Below, piece after piece: positions 28,144 to 29,768 of a stretch of DNA of 29,768 nucleotides. A program made the position numbers and the translations under genes. This stretch comes from a virus (Duplodnaviria > Caudoviricetes). The DNA lies in IMG/VR virus record IMGVR_UViG_3300017766_001981, positions 1 through 29,768 of that record, one strand, 5' to 3'. The notes below the pieces were generated by a model. It saw only the letters and a program-made list of their open reading frames with translations, was not told the DNA's origin and made no database searches. Numbering within the stretch: position 1 is the stretch's first letter; each line of letters begins with the position of its first letter.

Positions 28144-29768
28144 ATGGGAAGTAGTGCAATCGGAAATATTATTGTATATGGTCCACGCGGACCACAGGGA
28201 CCAATTGGAAGCAGAGGTCCAACAGGTCCAACTGGGCAAACAGGTCCAACTGGAGCATCTGGGTCAATTGCACTGCATCTAATCAATTCTAGACCAAATG
28301 GAAATAATATTATTTTTGAATTATCTGATGGAACTACATTAGAAGTTCTTGGAAATTTTAAGGGAGCAACATTTTTTGATCCTATCGGAGCACTTGCAGT
28401 AAACAGCAATACAACAGGATATACACTATATGCTGGTTACATTCCTGGTGGAACTTTTTACTTTAGAGGATTGTCCGCAACAGGTTCATTGTATTTGCAA
28501 TATACTGGTCAAAATAATGAGTATATTTCAATTAATAGCATATATGCTGGTTACACATATATTGGAAATTATGATCCATTGACAGTTCAAAATTATGGAA
28601 TACTATATTTACAGCAAAATAATCTTGCTGGTGGTACTCCTATAAAAATATCAATGGAACAAGGAGTATTTGGTCAAAAAGGATCATTAGATCTACTTCG
28701 TTCTATACAACAGCAAGGAGCATCTGCTGATTTTGGATTTAATCTGAATAGTGGTTCTCGTATTCAATATTATAGTTCTGTTCCAGAATCGAGAGTTGTT
28801 GGCACTGGAGCATATACAGTAAATATCAAGTCGGCAGGAACACATGTTTTTCAGACACCAACTGGAATCTCTGGATTTGTTGTAAATTCTAATCTTACAC
28901 CACTGCAAGGTGCAACATATAGCAATAATGAAATCATTTCAGCAACTTTAGTTTTTACATCTGATGATGTTTGGAAATTTCCACAAAATGTTTATTTCGA
29001 ACAAGGAGAGAATTATCTTTCATGCGGAACAAACATAATTGGTATCATGTCATATGATGGAGGAAATACCTGGTTAGCAAGTGTTGCTCAAAGAGGACAT
29101 GGAGTAAGAGATCCTAACAGTCAATGTGTTGAAAACTATTTATTTGGTTCGTGCTGTTATGAAAATGTAGATGGAACTTTAGAATGTGAAGATTACATCA
29201 AGAAAGAATTCTGTGATGCATTATCTGGAACATTCAATCCAATGAAACCATGCACAGAAACATGTGGAACTAAAGTTGGTCTTTGCTGTGCTAATGGCAA
29301 ATGCATTGAAAATACACCAGTAGCAGAATGTGATTTATTTGGTGGTATATTTTATCAAGGAATAACTTGTGGAACATATTCAAATAATCCAGAAGGTCCA
29401 AATTATGGTGAACCAATTGAAAATGGAAGATTATGCTACAATTCATGCATAGCAGATGCAGAATTAGTTTGCTGCAAAAATAATAAATGTATTGGAAATT
29501 ATTCTAGAATACAATGTGAACAAATTCTTGGAGGCAAATCTGTACTTGGCACATGCGACAGTGTAGATTGCTGTGATTATACTGTTGATGTTGGAGCATG
29601 TTGCGTGTGTAATGCTGATGGAACAAATCAATGTTTTGATGCATTAACAAAAGCAGAATGCGATTTATTGTTTGGAAAATTCATGGGTCCAAAACAAAGA
29701 TGTGAGAATATTTCATGTGGTTGTGTTTGTGGAGTCGAGACTATATCTCCTCCCCCACCTCCACCAGA
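28144..29768 (+). CDS. Modular fibre 3: collagen stalk, beta domain, GxCC cysteine repeats; partial, runs off the right edge
   Basis: Absent from the ORF track because no stop lies in the window. SD AGGAG, then MGSSAIGNIIVYGPRGPQGPIGSRGPTGPTG (10 G-X-Y triplets at 28180-28269), ...SYDGGNTWLASV..., GSCC, GLCC, VCC, GACC repeats, ending SPPPPPP. Open for 541 codons. Confidence 0.8.
   Translation, partial: MGSSAIGNIIVYGPRGPQGPIGSRGPTGPTGQTGPTGASGSIALHLINSRPNGNNIIFELSDGTTLEVLGNFKGATFFDPIGALAVNSNTTGYTLYAGYIPGGTFYFRGLSATGSLYLQYTGQNNEYISINSIYAGYTYIGNYDPLTVQNYGILYLQQNNLAGGTPIKISMEQGVFGQKGSLDLLRSIQQQGASADFGFNLNSGSRIQYYSSVPESRVVGTGAYTVNIKSAGTHVFQTPTGISGFVVNSNLTPLQGATYSNNEIISATLVFTSDDVWKFPQNVYFEQGENYLSCGTNIIGIMSYDGGNTWLASVAQRGHGVRDPNSQCVENYLFGSCCYENVDGTLECEDYIKKEFCDALSGTFNPMKPCTETCGTKVGLCCANGKCIENTPVAECDLFGGIFYQGITCGTYSNNPEGPNYGEPIENGRLCYNSCIADAELVCCKNNKCIGNYSRIQCEQILGGKSVLGTCDSVDCCDYTVDVGACCVCNADGTNQCFDALTKAECDLLFGKFMGPKQRCENISCGCVCGVETISPPPPPP

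Noticed and set aside
1-29768. Stop-codon reassignment
   Set aside because: Genes are full length and tightly packed under the standard code; TAA, TGA and TAG all occur at gene ends.

Overview
AT-rich, densely coding window from a large T4-like (T4 supergroup) myophage, covering the baseplate, tail and fibre module. A leftward block starts at 4550: gp4-like head-completion nuclease, gp54-like tail-tube-fold protein, gp26-like and gp51-like hub chaperones, and a >836-aa protein with 60 Thr-Ser-Gly repeats that runs off the left edge and is missing from the ORF track. A rightward block starts at 4580: gp48, gp53, a ~1,895-aa gp27-like hub with a very large Cys-rich/poly-Gly/collagen insertion, gp25, gp6, a compact gp7, gp8, a short DUF4815-like protein, two fibre-like proteins, and three paralogous modular fibres. 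These three have a collagen stalk and GxCC cysteine repeats, and the two complete ones end in a DUF1566/C-type-lectin-like tip. The most notable observation is a U UUU UUU slippery heptamer at the end of gp26 whose -1 frame runs without a stop into gp51, just ahead of a tape-measure-position gene. This resembles the lambda G/GT programmed frameshift. Also notable are two late-promoter boxes exactly 5 nt before ATGs (predicted leaderless mRNAs), pervasive G-x-T motifs in virion proteins, and disulfide-like repeats in proteins assembled in the cytoplasm. All family assignments come from motif recognition and synteny; no database search was run.
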